Source: an uncultured Actinomycetes bacterium (GTDB taxonomy: Bacteria; Chloroflexota; Dormibacteria; CF-121). From it: a DNA stretch of 41,724 nucleotides. A program made the translations under genes and the position numbers. The stretch's first letter is position 1. Each line of letters starts with the position of its first letter. Below the pieces are notes generated by a model. The model ran no database searches and had not been told where the DNA came from. It saw only the letters and a list, made by a program, of their open reading frames with translations. The stretch spans positions 1 to 41,724 of the forward strand of contig CAZRMD010000005.1 of NCBI GenBank assembly GCA_964601135.1, read 5' to 3'. Shown here one piece after another: positions 33,268-41,663 of the stretch.

Positions 33268-35298
33268 GTGGTTCGGCGCGCCCGCTGCGGGGTCAAGCTC
33301 AACAGCCAGTGGTTTTGGAGCAGCGCGGCGCCAGTGGCGCACGCTGATCCTCTCGCTCTTCAGTGGCAGGCCGGACCGGCGCTCGCCACTGTCCGACTAA
33401 CTCCCCACGAGGGCGGGGTTGTCATCGAGTGCGAGCTCAACAATTCCGGCGATGCGCCCTTGACCTTCAATGGCTGGCGGCCGCTGGCCATCGAAGGCGA
33501 GGGTGCGGCGCTGTACGTGGGCGAGGAGCCCTGGCGCGCCAGCGTGCTCATCAATGGCTACCAATCATGGGACTACGCCGGCATCCATCCGCTCGATGAG
33601 GCGATCAAGGAGGGCGACTACCGGCCCGCTCCCACCTCGTGGTGGACCGCGGCCGTGTGCGATGGGCACGCGATGTTCGTCGCCCAGGTCCTCAAGGCCA
33701 GCCGTTTCGCCACCGCCTTTCGCTGGCACTATCACCGTGACGAACACAAGGGCGAGGCGCTCCCCACGGAAATTCCCGTCTTCGTCGCGGAGCAATACGG
33801 TTCGCCGCTCTCACATCCAGAGCAGCGCAGCGGTCTGCCGGAAGAATTGCAGCTCACGGTTCCACCGCAGAGCGGCCTGGTCTCCGATCCGATTTTCGTC
33901 GCCTACGGTGACGACGGCACCGCGACCCTTCGCCGGGCACTGACCGCGGCCGGCCAGGCCACCGGGGCGCGATCGTTTCGGACGGTGCCACGCGGCTGGT
34001 GCAGCTGGTACCACCTGGGGCTCGCCGTCACGGAGTCCGACATCGCGCGCAATGCGGCGTTCCTCGCCAAGCGCCTGCCCGAGCTGGTCAAGACATCGAC
34101 CAATGGCTACCGGCCCGTGATCCAGCTGGACGACGGCTGGATGCCGCGCTGGCAGCGCTGGGGCGACTGGATGGCGAATGAATTCTTCAGCAACGGCTTG
34201 AAAGCCCTGGCCACGAAGGTTCATCGCCACCGGCTCGAGATCGGCATCTGGCTGGCGCCATTCCATGTGGCCGCTGACTCGCAGCTCGCAACGGCGCATC
34301 CGGAATGGCTGCTCAAGGCCAAAGATGCTTCGCTGCTGATCGACCCCCGGCTCGGCAAGCCGTACTACATCCTCGACCCCACCCATCCCGGCGCCCAGAC
34401 GTTCCTCACCGACCTCTTCCAGGGCTTGCGCCGCGACGGCTTCACGTATTACAAGCTCGATTTCCTGTACGGCGGCGCTTACGAGGCGGTGCGCCACGAC
34501 CCGGAGGTCACCGGGACGCAGGCGTTGCGGCTGGGATTGAAGCACATCACCGACGCCGTCAACCCACCGGGCAAGCCCGAGACATCCTTTGTCCTGGCGT
34601 GCGGCGCGCCACTGATGCCCGTTGTCGGATTGGTCCATGGCGCGCGCACTGGTGGCGACGTCGGCTTTCCCACGATCGAAGATGGCAAGGCGGGGCCGCC
34701 CAATCTCGGCTTCGGCCTGATCCTTTCCATGGCGCGCAACCAGGCGGCGCGGCTGTTCTTCGATCGGTCGCTCTTCGCCGTGGATGCGGATGTGGTGATG
34801 GCAACGGCACCGCAGCTCACGCCGGATGAGACTCGGGTGATGATGACGATCGCCGCCCTCTCGGGTGGGGTCTTCATGCTCAGCGATGATCTGGAGACGC
34901 TTGCCGCGGACCGGCTTACGTTGCTGCGCAATCCCAATGTGCTCGGCCTGGTGGGCGGACCCGCAGCCGAACCGGTGCATCTCTTCAGCGCCCCGGAACG
35001 CGAGGCCAAGGATCACTGGTTCGCCTTTCCCCAGGAGCTTCCCCCGCTCTGGGTTCGTCCCGAAGACGATGGCGCCGCCGTCGTCGCCGTGTATAACTGG
35101 AGCGACGACGAGCGACCGTACCGGCTGCATTTCGGCGAGGTGACGGGCGCCGGCGGCACCTACGAGATCAGCGATTTATGGTCGTCGCGGCGCGGCGGCC
35201 GGAGCCTCGGCACAAAGACGGACAGTCTGCGATTGACCCTGGCTCCGCACAGCGTTCGACTACTTAAAATGAAACCCGCCGCCGACGCGCGGCGCTGA
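33268..35298 (+). CDS. Glycoside hydrolase family 36-like alpha-galactosidase (melibiase family)
   Basis: GWCSWYHLG, IQLDDGWM and the YYKLDFLYGG and GARTGGDVG segments fit the GH27/36 catalytic (beta/alpha)8 domain. The start codon is uncertain (GTG 33268 or downstream). Confidence 0.7.
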   Translation: MVRRARCGVKLNSQWFWSSAAPVAHADPLALQWQAGPALATVRLTPHEGGVVIECELNNSGDAPLTFNGWRPLAIEGEGAALYVGEEPWRASVLINGYQSWDYAGIHPLDEAIKEGDYRPAPTSWWTAAVCDGHAMFVAQVLKASRFATAFRWHYHRDEHKGEALPTEIPVFVAEQYGSPLSHPEQRSGLPEELQLTVPPQSGLVSDPIFVAYGDDGTATLRRALTAAGQATGARSFRTVPRGWCSWYHLGLAVTESDIARNAAFLAKRLPELVKTSTNGYRPVIQLDDGWMPRWQRWGDWMANEFFSNGLKALATKVHRHRLEIGIWLAPFHVAADSQLATAHPEWLLKAKDASLLIDPRLGKPYYILDPTHPGAQTFLTDLFQGLRRDGFTYYKLDFLYGGAYEAVRHDPEVTGTQALRLGLKHITDAVNPPGKPETSFVLACGAPLMPVVGLVHGARTGGDVGFPTIEDGKAGPPNLGFGLILSMARNQAARLFFDRSLFAVDADVVMATAPQLTPDETRVMMTIAALSGGVFMLSDDLETLAADRLTLLRNPNVLGLVGGPAAEPVHLFSAPEREAKDHWFAFPQELPPLWVRPEDDGAAVVAVYNWSDDERPYRLHFGEVTGAGGTYEISDLWSSRRGGRSLGTKTDSLRLTLAPHSVRLLKMKPAADARR

Positions 35299-35321
35299 TC
35301 GACCGCACTCAATACCACACC

Positions 35322-35918
35322 ATGCGCCGTGTCCTGTTCTACCGCCTGTACGATGTCGCCCCTGCTCGGCTTTCCGAGTTGGAGAAAGAGGGCCGGGCAT
35401 TCTCCCGCGGCCGCGCCTGGCGCGGAGATGCGTTCTGGCTGGCAACCGAGAATTCAACCGACCTGTTCGCCATGGAGTACTTCCGCCACGCTCGTGACGA
35501 AGAAGGGCCATCACTGTCGGCGGCGGGATTCCTTCGCATGCTCGGTGATGAAACCGATGCCATCGCCACCCTCTATTTCCTCAACGACGCGGCGCAGCGC
35601 TTCCACGCGCGGGCGACGCTCCGCGACGACGAGAATCCGATCGCCAAGCTTCGCAACCTGGAGATCCGGCAGGGTCGACTGCCGTCCGGGTTGCCCATCG
35701 AGGACGTGCTGGCGGCGCGGCCGGTGATCAAGAAGATGGAGGGCGAGCCGATCACCTTCTATCCGCCCACCTACCGCCCCAACGCCTATTTCCGGCGTGA
35801 CAAGCCTGGAATGTGGGGATTCAGCCTCAAAGGGATCCGCGACTTCGCCCCCTCGTTCCTGGAAGCCGAGGCGGAAGCGATGCGCATCTATCGAGGATTC
35901 CGCCAGCTCAACCCGTGA
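35322..35918 (+). CDS. Hypothetical protein (198 aa), no family recognised
   Basis: This is a long ORF with coding-like codon bias. Its stop overlaps the GTG start of the downstream hydrolase (GTGA). Confidence 0.55.
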   Translation: MRRVLFYRLYDVAPARLSELEKEGRAFSRGRAWRGDAFWLATENSTDLFAMEYFRHARDEEGPSLSAAGFLRMLGDETDAIATLYFLNDAAQRFHARATLRDDENPIAKLRNLEIRQGRLPSGLPIEDVLAARPVIKKMEGEPITFYPPTYRPNAYFRRDKPGMWGFSLKGIRDFAPSFLEAEAEAMRIYRGFRQLNP

Positions 35919-36781
35919 ACGAATCGACGGCCACGCTCGAAAGCACCGACGGCCTCGATCTCTTTGTCCGCCGCTGGCACACCGACGGCGTGGCACATCA
36001 ATGGACCATCGTCATCGTCCACGGCATCGGCGACCATGGTGGCCGCTTCCGGCATTTCGCGGAATGGTTCACCCCCTTGGGCGGCACGGTCTACGCCGTT
36101 GACTATCGCGGGCATGGCCGCAGTGGCGGACAGCGCGGGCACACTCCGAGCCTGAACGCCCTGCTGGACGACGTCGACATCGTCGTGCAGCGTGCGCGTA
36201 CCGAGACTGGCGGGCCCATCGTTCTGGTCGGGCACTCGCTGGGCGGTTTGCTCGCGATCGCGTACGCGCTTCAGCGACCCGAGCGTGTCGACAAAGCCGT
36301 CTTCAGTGCCCCCATGCTGATTCTCAAACTGAAGGTTCCGACATGGAAGCAGCCGCTGGCCAGGGTGCTGCCCAAAGTGGCGCCGAAGCTCAGCCTGGCG
36401 AACGAAGTGGACCCCGCGCTCCTCAGCCACGATCCGGCGATCGCCGTCGCGTACCGCAGCGATCCGCTGGTGCATGACCGGATTACCGGGAGTTTCTACG
36501 CCAGCACCGTCGCCCGCGGCGAAGAGTTCCTCGCCAGAGCACCGGAGCTTCGGGTGCCATTCCTGTTGCTGCATGGTCGCGATGACCAGATCGTGGATCC
36601 GGTCGGGAGCCAGCGGTTCTTCGCCCGGGCAACGGCGCCGGGCCGGGCCTTCTGCCTCTATCCCGGCATGTATCACGAGATCTTCAATGAGGTCGAGCAC
36701 GAGAAAGTCTTTGCCGACGTCGAGAGCTGGCTGACCAATCGCACGGACGCGCATCTGACCGGCTGGAACCCGCCACCCTGA
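35915..36781 (+). CDS. Alpha/beta hydrolase, monoacylglycerol lipase / lysophospholipase-like
   Basis: The start is at the GTG at 35915. IVIVHGIGDHGGRF, YRGHGRSGG, the nucleophile elbow GHSLGG and the C-terminal HGRDDQIVD...YHEIFNE are typical of this family. Confidence 0.8.
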   Translation: MNESTATLESTDGLDLFVRRWHTDGVAHQWTIVIVHGIGDHGGRFRHFAEWFTPLGGTVYAVDYRGHGRSGGQRGHTPSLNALLDDVDIVVQRARTETGGPIVLVGHSLGGLLAIAYALQRPERVDKAVFSAPMLILKLKVPTWKQPLARVLPKVAPKLSLANEVDPALLSHDPAIAVAYRSDPLVHDRITGSFYASTVARGEEFLARAPELRVPFLLLHGRDDQIVDPVGSQRFFARATAPGRAFCLYPGMYHEIFNEVEHEKVFADVESWLTNRTDAHLTGWNPPP

Positions 36782-36788
36782 GCCGCTG

Positions 36789-37247
36789 ATGCGCGCAGTG
36801 CTGCAGCGCGTCAGCGAGGCGTCGGTTCGGTGGGAGGGTGGTGAAGCCGCGATCGGGCCCGGCTACTGCATTCTCTTGGGCGTCGCGGACACCGACCATG
36901 AACGTGACGCCGACTCCCTCGCGGACAAGATCCTCAAGCTTCGGGTCTTCAGCGATGACGCCGGCAAATTCAACCTGAGCGCCACGCAGGTCAACGCCGA
37001 CCTGCTGGTCGTGTCACAATTCACGCTCTTCGCCGACGCCCGGGGCCAGAACCGACCGAGCTTCCTGCGCGCGGCCCGGCCCGAGGTCGGACGGCCGTTG
37101 CTCGACCGCTTCATCGAGCGGCTGCGGCTCAGCGGGTTGCTGGTCAAGACCGGTTCGTTCGGGGCGACGATGGCGGTCCGGCTGGTCAACGACGGACCGG
37201 TCACCATCGTCCTCAGCACCGACCCCTGGGAGCCACGGATCGGCTGA
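36789..37247 (+). CDS. dtd: D-aminoacyl-tRNA deacylase
   Basis: MRAVLQRVSEASV...LLGV..DD, SQFTLFAD and NDGPVTIVL are hallmark Dtd segments. Confidence 0.9.
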   Translation: MRAVLQRVSEASVRWEGGEAAIGPGYCILLGVADTDHERDADSLADKILKLRVFSDDAGKFNLSATQVNADLLVVSQFTLFADARGQNRPSFLRAARPEVGRPLLDRFIERLRLSGLLVKTGSFGATMAVRLVNDGPVTIVLSTDPWEPRIG

Positions 37248-37422
37248 GCAAAAGCGTGCGGTCGATCGGCCGACTCCTCTACAGAAGACGCCGTATTCAC
37301 GTGTGAATTGATTGTGGCCGTCCATTGATGCCGCGCCACGAGGTGCTGGCAATGGGTGACGAAAGGTTCATCGCAACGTCATGGCGCGCCGGTACCGATA
37401 GGCTGGAACCGAGGCGATTGAC

Positions 37423-37953
37423 GTGATCATCAGCATGACGAACCGGCTGCTCGCGGTGGTCATCGCCATGGCGCTCTCCAGCGGGATCGCCGCCCACGCC
37501 GCCCAGGCACCACAGCGTCCCCTGGCGCCGGTCTCGCTGCCGACGGCCAGCAGCCTGCCGATGGCGCTGCAAACCACCATCAGCCGGATCGGTGAGACCG
37601 CGACAAGCACGTTCGATCCCGCGGCCGCGATCCGCGACGCTTATCAGCGCGATCACGTCGCCCTCGAGCACCTGCGCCAGCAGGCTTCCCAGTTGAAGGG
37701 CAGCGCGCATCCGGCATTCGAGCAGCTGATCTCGGACGACGAGAGTGCATTGACCGACATCGAGCGGACGGCGCTGGCAACCAGCCGTCCAGCAGCCGAC
37801 AACACGATCGCGGTGATGGACCAGCTGGTCGCTTCGGCAGAAGCCGAGCTCAATCAGCAGCTGTCGATCACGTCAAAAAGCTCCACGCCTTCGGGCGAGC
37901 CGCAGAACGGCCATCGCTCGGGGTCCAACAGCGGCCAGTCTGGCAGCCACTAA
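37423..37953 (+). CDS. Hypothetical secreted protein
   Basis: A signal peptide is present (MTNRLLAVVIAMALSSGIAAHAAQA). The body is helical, with a low-complexity S/G/N-rich tail. I recognise no family. Confidence 0.5.
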   Translation: MIISMTNRLLAVVIAMALSSGIAAHAAQAPQRPLAPVSLPTASSLPMALQTTISRIGETATSTFDPAAAIRDAYQRDHVALEHLRQQASQLKGSAHPAFEQLISDDESALTDIERTALATSRPAADNTIAVMDQLVASAEAELNQQLSITSKSSTPSGEPQNGHRSGSNSGQSGSH

Positions 37954-37961
37954 CGCCGTCA

Positions 37962-38609
37962 TCAGGCGGTCGCGGGCTGCATCCGCCGGCCCCACCGCAG
38001 CCGGATTGCAAGGTAGCCCGCCGTGAGAACCGGCAACGTGAACAGCACGACGAGCGCGACCACGCCGAGCACGTTGCCGATGACATCGACCGCCGACGGC
38101 CCTGTGCACACGGTCTGAATGACATCCCCGTTCGAGTCAGCGCCCCCGCCGCAGTGATACAGACCACCACTTCCTGAGCCGGAGTGAGCGGCGTAGAGTC
38201 CCAGGATAAAGATGAAGGGATAGCCGCCCAACGAGAAGACCGTGCCGATGATCTTGTCGCGAACCTTCCACGCCGGCGACATCCACAGCAGGATGACACC
38301 GATCACCCAGATAAACGGCAGCAGCGCCACTGCCGCAACCTCGAGCAGCCCCGGGCGGTAGGCAGTCTCAACTTTCAGTCCCAGTCGCTCGCGCGTCTCG
38401 GCAACGACGACAGCCGGCTCACCCAGGCGGTCGAGGATGTTCAGGATCGTTGCATCCGTCTCATCAGACTCGCGTGCCCGCGCCTCGGCGATGTGCGAGC
38501 GCATGTCGGCGATCAGTTCGTCGCGGGCGCTGCTGGGCAGGTCGCTTGCTGCGGCCCGCAGTCGGGCGAGGTAGCCGTCGATCAGCTGGTCGGCATGCGG
38601 GGCGGTCAT
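37962..38609 (-). CDS. DUF1700/HAAS-like membrane protein partnered with PadR
   Basis: The start is at MTAPHADQLIDGYLARLRAAASDLPSSARDELIADMRSHI (ATG 38609, ATGA overlap with the padR stop). This N-terminal helix pattern followed by multiple TM segments is typical of PadR-adjacent DUF1700 proteins. Confidence 0.65.
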   Translation of the reverse strand: MTAPHADQLIDGYLARLRAAASDLPSSARDELIADMRSHIAEARARESDETDATILNILDRLGEPAVVVAETRERLGLKVETAYRPGLLEVAAVALLPFIWVIGVILLWMSPAWKVRDKIIGTVFSLGGYPFIFILGLYAAHSGSGSGGLYHCGGGADSNGDVIQTVCTGPSAVDVIGNVLGVVALVVLFTLPVLTAGYLAIRLRWGRRMQPATA

Positions 38610-38917
38610 GATTTGGTCGCCTCCTTCAGGATTCCGTCGACAGCGGCGCGAAACGTCGTCCACTCACTTCGAAAGGCCGTCAGGGCGCGGCGCCCGTCGG
38701 CCGTCAGCTCGTAGTAGCGCCGTGGCGGCCCGTCGCTCGATTCCCGCCACTCGGTCCTGACCAGGCCGTCGCGTCGCAAGCGGCTGAGCAGCGGATACAA
38801 CGTGCCCTCGGTGGTCAGCATGCCGGTCTGTCCGAGGGCCTCGATCATCTCGAACGCGTATCGCGGTGTGTGCTGGATCAGTGCCATGACGCAATACTCC
38901 AGTGCCCCGCGGCGCAT
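38606..38917 (-). CDS. PadR-family transcriptional regulator
   Basis: MRRGALEYCVMALIQHTPRYAFEMIEAL...GTLYPLLSRLRRDGLV...RRYYELT is a textbook PadR winged helix. The upstream ATG at 38962 is an alternative start. Confidence 0.85.
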   Translation of the reverse strand: MRRGALEYCVMALIQHTPRYAFEMIEALGQTGMLTTEGTLYPLLSRLRRDGLVRTEWRESSDGPPRRYYELTADGRRALTAFRSEWTTFRAAVDGILKEATKS

Positions 38918-39057
38918 CTGGCTGACGAGTCCATCCGCCGGCACGCTTGCAATGTAGCACAAGCTTCCTTGCTGCGCAAGGTACTACCGGTGACATCACC
39001 ATTACGGAGCCTTTGGTCGCTGGTGCCCGACCGTTGCCGGGTGTATTCTGCGGCCAC

Positions 39058-40155
39058 TTGAAGCGCATCGCCTTGATTCCGATCGCTTTCGTACCCCTGC
39101 TGGCGGCGTGCTCCGGTCCGAGTGCCGCGACCGGGACCAGCCCGATCGCCGCGCTCGCCGCGCCCACTCCCGCCCATGCTCCAACCCCTACCCCGAAGCC
39201 GACGCCGGCGGCGTTGAGCCTGGCGAGCATCTTCGGCACCGACAAGCCCGACCTGAGCCAGTACGATCCGTCGCAACTGCGGGTCATCATCGCCACCGGT
39301 GACGTGATCCCGGCCCGGGAGGTCAATTACCAGGTCCTGCTCCACAAAGACTTCCGGTATCCCTGGCTGAAGACGGCCGGCTACCTGAAGACGGGCGACC
39401 TCCTGTACATCAACCTCGAGTCCCCGCTGATCAAGAACTGCCCGGTGATCCACGGCGGCTTCAAGTTCTGCGGTGACGCCCGGTCGATCGCCGGCCTCGA
39501 TTACGCGGGCGTCAACGTGGCCAACCTGGCCAACAACCACCTGACGAATTTCGGGCCCGCCGGCACCAACGAGACCGAGATTATTTTGTCAAAGCACGGC
39601 ATCGGCATCTCCGGCCTGGGCAACTATGAGATTCGCGACATCCGTGGGATCAAGTTTGCTTTCCTGGGGTTCAACGGCGTCGGGGCTCATGTCGACCGGG
39701 CCGAGATGAAGCGCGAGATCGACCTGGTGCGGCCGAAAGCCGACGTCGTGGTGGTGCAGTTCCACTGGGGCAAGGAATACGAGCTCATGCCCCAGCCCGC
39801 GGCCGGCATCGCGCCGGATAATCCCCGGGAGATTGGCCATCTCGCCATCGATGACGGCGCAGACCTGGTGATCGGCAACCATCCGCATACCGTCCAGCCG
39901 GTCGAGATCTACAACGGCAAGCTGATCACCTATGCCCACGGCAATTTCATCTTCGATCAGATGTGGTCGCAGGAGACCCGCGAAGGCGTGGTCGGGCGCT
40001 ACACCTTCTACGGCAATCGGCTGGTCCGCGTCGATTACCGGCCGCTTGTGATCGACGGCTATGCGCAGCCTCGCTGGCTCGATGAGGCGAGCGGCGAAGG
40101 CAAGGTCATCCTCGACCGGATGGCTAACGCATCGGCGCAGCTGGCGGCAGGCTGA
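39058..40155 (+). CDS. CapA/PgsA-family metallophosphatase-fold lipoprotein (poly-gamma-glutamate capsule synthesis-like)
   Basis: A lipobox is present (IAFVPLLAACSG). CapA segments: IIATGDVIP, LLYINLESPL, VANLANNHLTNFG, VQFHWGKEY, ADLVIGNHPHTVQP, YAHGNFIFDQ. The start is uncertain (TTG 39058 or TTG 39013). Confidence 0.75.
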   Translation: MKRIALIPIAFVPLLAACSGPSAATGTSPIAALAAPTPAHAPTPTPKPTPAALSLASIFGTDKPDLSQYDPSQLRVIIATGDVIPAREVNYQVLLHKDFRYPWLKTAGYLKTGDLLYINLESPLIKNCPVIHGGFKFCGDARSIAGLDYAGVNVANLANNHLTNFGPAGTNETEIILSKHGIGISGLGNYEIRDIRGIKFAFLGFNGVGAHVDRAEMKREIDLVRPKADVVVVQFHWGKEYELMPQPAAGIAPDNPREIGHLAIDDGADLVIGNHPHTVQPVEIYNGKLITYAHGNFIFDQMWSQETREGVVGRYTFYGNRLVRVDYRPLVIDGYAQPRWLDEASGEGKVILDRMANASAQLAAG

Positions 40156-41230
40156 CCACCCCGCCCGTCATCCCGGCCTCAGCCGTAAAGGGTTCCACGG
40201 CAACCGCGCCGTGCCGGTAGACGGCGAGGTAGCGCTCCGCCATGTGCCGAGGGCCGAAACGCTCTCGGGCGACCTGGGCACAGCGGCTCCGATCGATCTC
40301 GTCGATGTGTCTCGTCCAGTGCACCAGGGTATCCAGGTCCTCCGCGAGATACCCGGTAACGCCGTGCTCGATCAGCTCGGGGGTCGAGCCGGTGCGCAGG
40401 GCGAGGACGGGGGTCCCCGCCACCATGCATTCGACCATCGCCAGTCCGAACGGTTCCGCCCACTGCAGGGGGAAGATGCCGGCAGCCGCGCGCGAGATCA
40501 AGCGCGCTTTCTGGGCGCCGGCGACGTTCGGGTAATACTCGATCGACGGTCCGAGGAACGGCTCGACCTTGTCTTCGAAGTATTCCTCACCCATGCCGCT
40601 TCGCTCCACCTTGCCGGCCAGGATCAGCTTGCGGCCGGTGCGGCGGGCGACCTCGATGGCGAGGTGCTGGCCCTTGTCCGGCGTGATGCGAGCCACCTCG
40701 ACCAGGTAGCGCTCGTGTGTCAGGCTGGGCGGCGCCTCGGGCAGCTCGACGGCGTTGTGCACGATGCCCGCCAGCTTGAGCCCCGGAGCGCTGGTCGCCT
40801 GGCTGACGCTGATGGCGCACAGCCGGACGCGATCCATGACTTCTTTGTAAAACGTGCAGACAGGCTCGAGCAGCTCGCCATGGATGGTGTGGACGACGAC
40901 CGGCGCGACCCCGCTGTGAAGCGCCAGCAAGACCCCGCTGAAACCGGCGTGGTCGTGGATGACGTCAAAGCGCTCGCCCTGCAGGCGGTCGTAAACCCTG
41001 GCCAGGTAGGTCGCGAATCGCAGACGTTCGTCCGGCCCACCGAGGTCGTGGCTCCAGGCGTCGGGAGCCAGCACCGTCACTCCTGGCGTCGAGCCCTCCG
41101 CGCCGAAGGTCGTGACCTGGTGACCCATCCGCCGCAGCTCGGTATGCAGGAGGTGGACGACCAGCTCGGTCCCGCCATAGCCGCGTGGGGGAAGCGGGTA
41201 CCAGGGGGGTGCGACGATAGCGATCCGCAT
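40124..41230 (-). CDS. Glycosyltransferase family 4 (GT-B fold)
   Basis: The start is at MRIAIVAPPWYPLPPRGYGGTE (ATG 41230). The C-terminal E-x7-E-type region (FPLQWAEPFGLAMVECMVAGTPV) is typical of GT4. Its 3' end overlaps capA convergently by 32 nt. Confidence 0.8.
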   Translation of the reverse strand: MRIAIVAPPWYPLPPRGYGGTELVVHLLHTELRRMGHQVTTFGAEGSTPGVTVLAPDAWSHDLGGPDERLRFATYLARVYDRLQGERFDVIHDHAGFSGVLLALHSGVAPVVVHTIHGELLEPVCTFYKEVMDRVRLCAISVSQATSAPGLKLAGIVHNAVELPEAPPSLTHERYLVEVARITPDKGQHLAIEVARRTGRKLILAGKVERSGMGEEYFEDKVEPFLGPSIEYYPNVAGAQKARLISRAAAGIFPLQWAEPFGLAMVECMVAGTPVLALRTGSTPELIEHGVTGYLAEDLDTLVHWTRHIDEIDRSRCAQVARERFGPRHMAERYLAVYRHGAVAVEPFTAEAGMTGGVVSLPPAAPMR

Positions 41231-41310
41231 CGCGTCGCTCGCCCAGCTCACCTCCCCTGTGGCCTTCGCCGACCGCCCACGATGATAGCGATCAAAAACA
41301 CCGGACCATT

Positions 41311-41326
41311 TATCAAAAATTTGATA
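41311..41326. promoter_or_regulatory. AT-rich 7-2-7 palindrome in a divergent intergenic region (candidate operator)
   Basis: TATCAAA-AA-TTTGATA is a perfect inverted repeat. A related half-site copy (GCGATCAAA) lies at 41288-41296. This is an isolated AT-rich patch in a GC-rich genome, between the GT4 gene and a divergent membrane-protein gene. Confidence 0.3.
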
Positions 41327-41398
41327 GCACGACCGTGAAGATCATGGTCCTTTGATGGGTGTCGTCTTTCTGAGCCAGCTTGGGTAGAGTTATCTAAA

Positions 41399-41660
41399 GT
41401 GACCGACGCGCTGCGGATCGTGCAGGCCGCCGTCAGCCTCAGCTTTCTCGCCCTCGGTCTCTTCACGGTTGTCGAGTGGTTGCGCCATCGCGAGCGCAGT
41501 CACGGCTACCTGGCGCTGGCTCTTGGAACGCTGGGGATGGCCAGTATTCTCGGCCAGGTCAACCGGCTAACCGGCTACGCGGGGGATCTGCTGGTCACCG
41601 ACGTCAGTGTCGTGCTCTTGATGACCTCGGGCTATGCTCTCCTGCTCTTCCGGGACGCTG
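41399..41660 (+). CDS. Hypothetical integral membrane protein, N-terminal fragment only
   Basis: The GTG at 41399 opens VTDALRIVQAAVSLSFLALGLFTVVEWL...ALALGTLGMASIL...VSVVLLMTSGYALLLFRD (3 hydrophobic segments). After about 41655 the frame turns Arg-rich and non-native, suggesting a sequence junction. Confidence 0.4.
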
Positions 41661-41663
41661 AAC

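Noticed and set aside
37295-37308. ATTCAC-GT-GTGAAT inverted repeat in the dtd-downstream spacer
   Set aside because: A short 6-bp-arm repeat with no adjacent regulator and no second copy seen. It could easily occur by chance.
38957-38971. CCTTGC-TGC-GCAAGG inverted repeat upstream of padR as an autoregulatory operator
   Set aside because: It has only 6-bp arms, does not resemble the ATGT/ACAT-type PadR sites I know, and may lie inside the coding region if padR starts at 38962. This is too weak to call.
40124-40155. 32-nt convergent overlap of the capA and GT4 3' ends as a regulatory antisense arrangement
   Set aside because: The GT4 C-terminal tail is poorly conserved in character, so the overlap may just reflect a late stop codon in GC-rich DNA. 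There is no structural element to support a specific mechanism.
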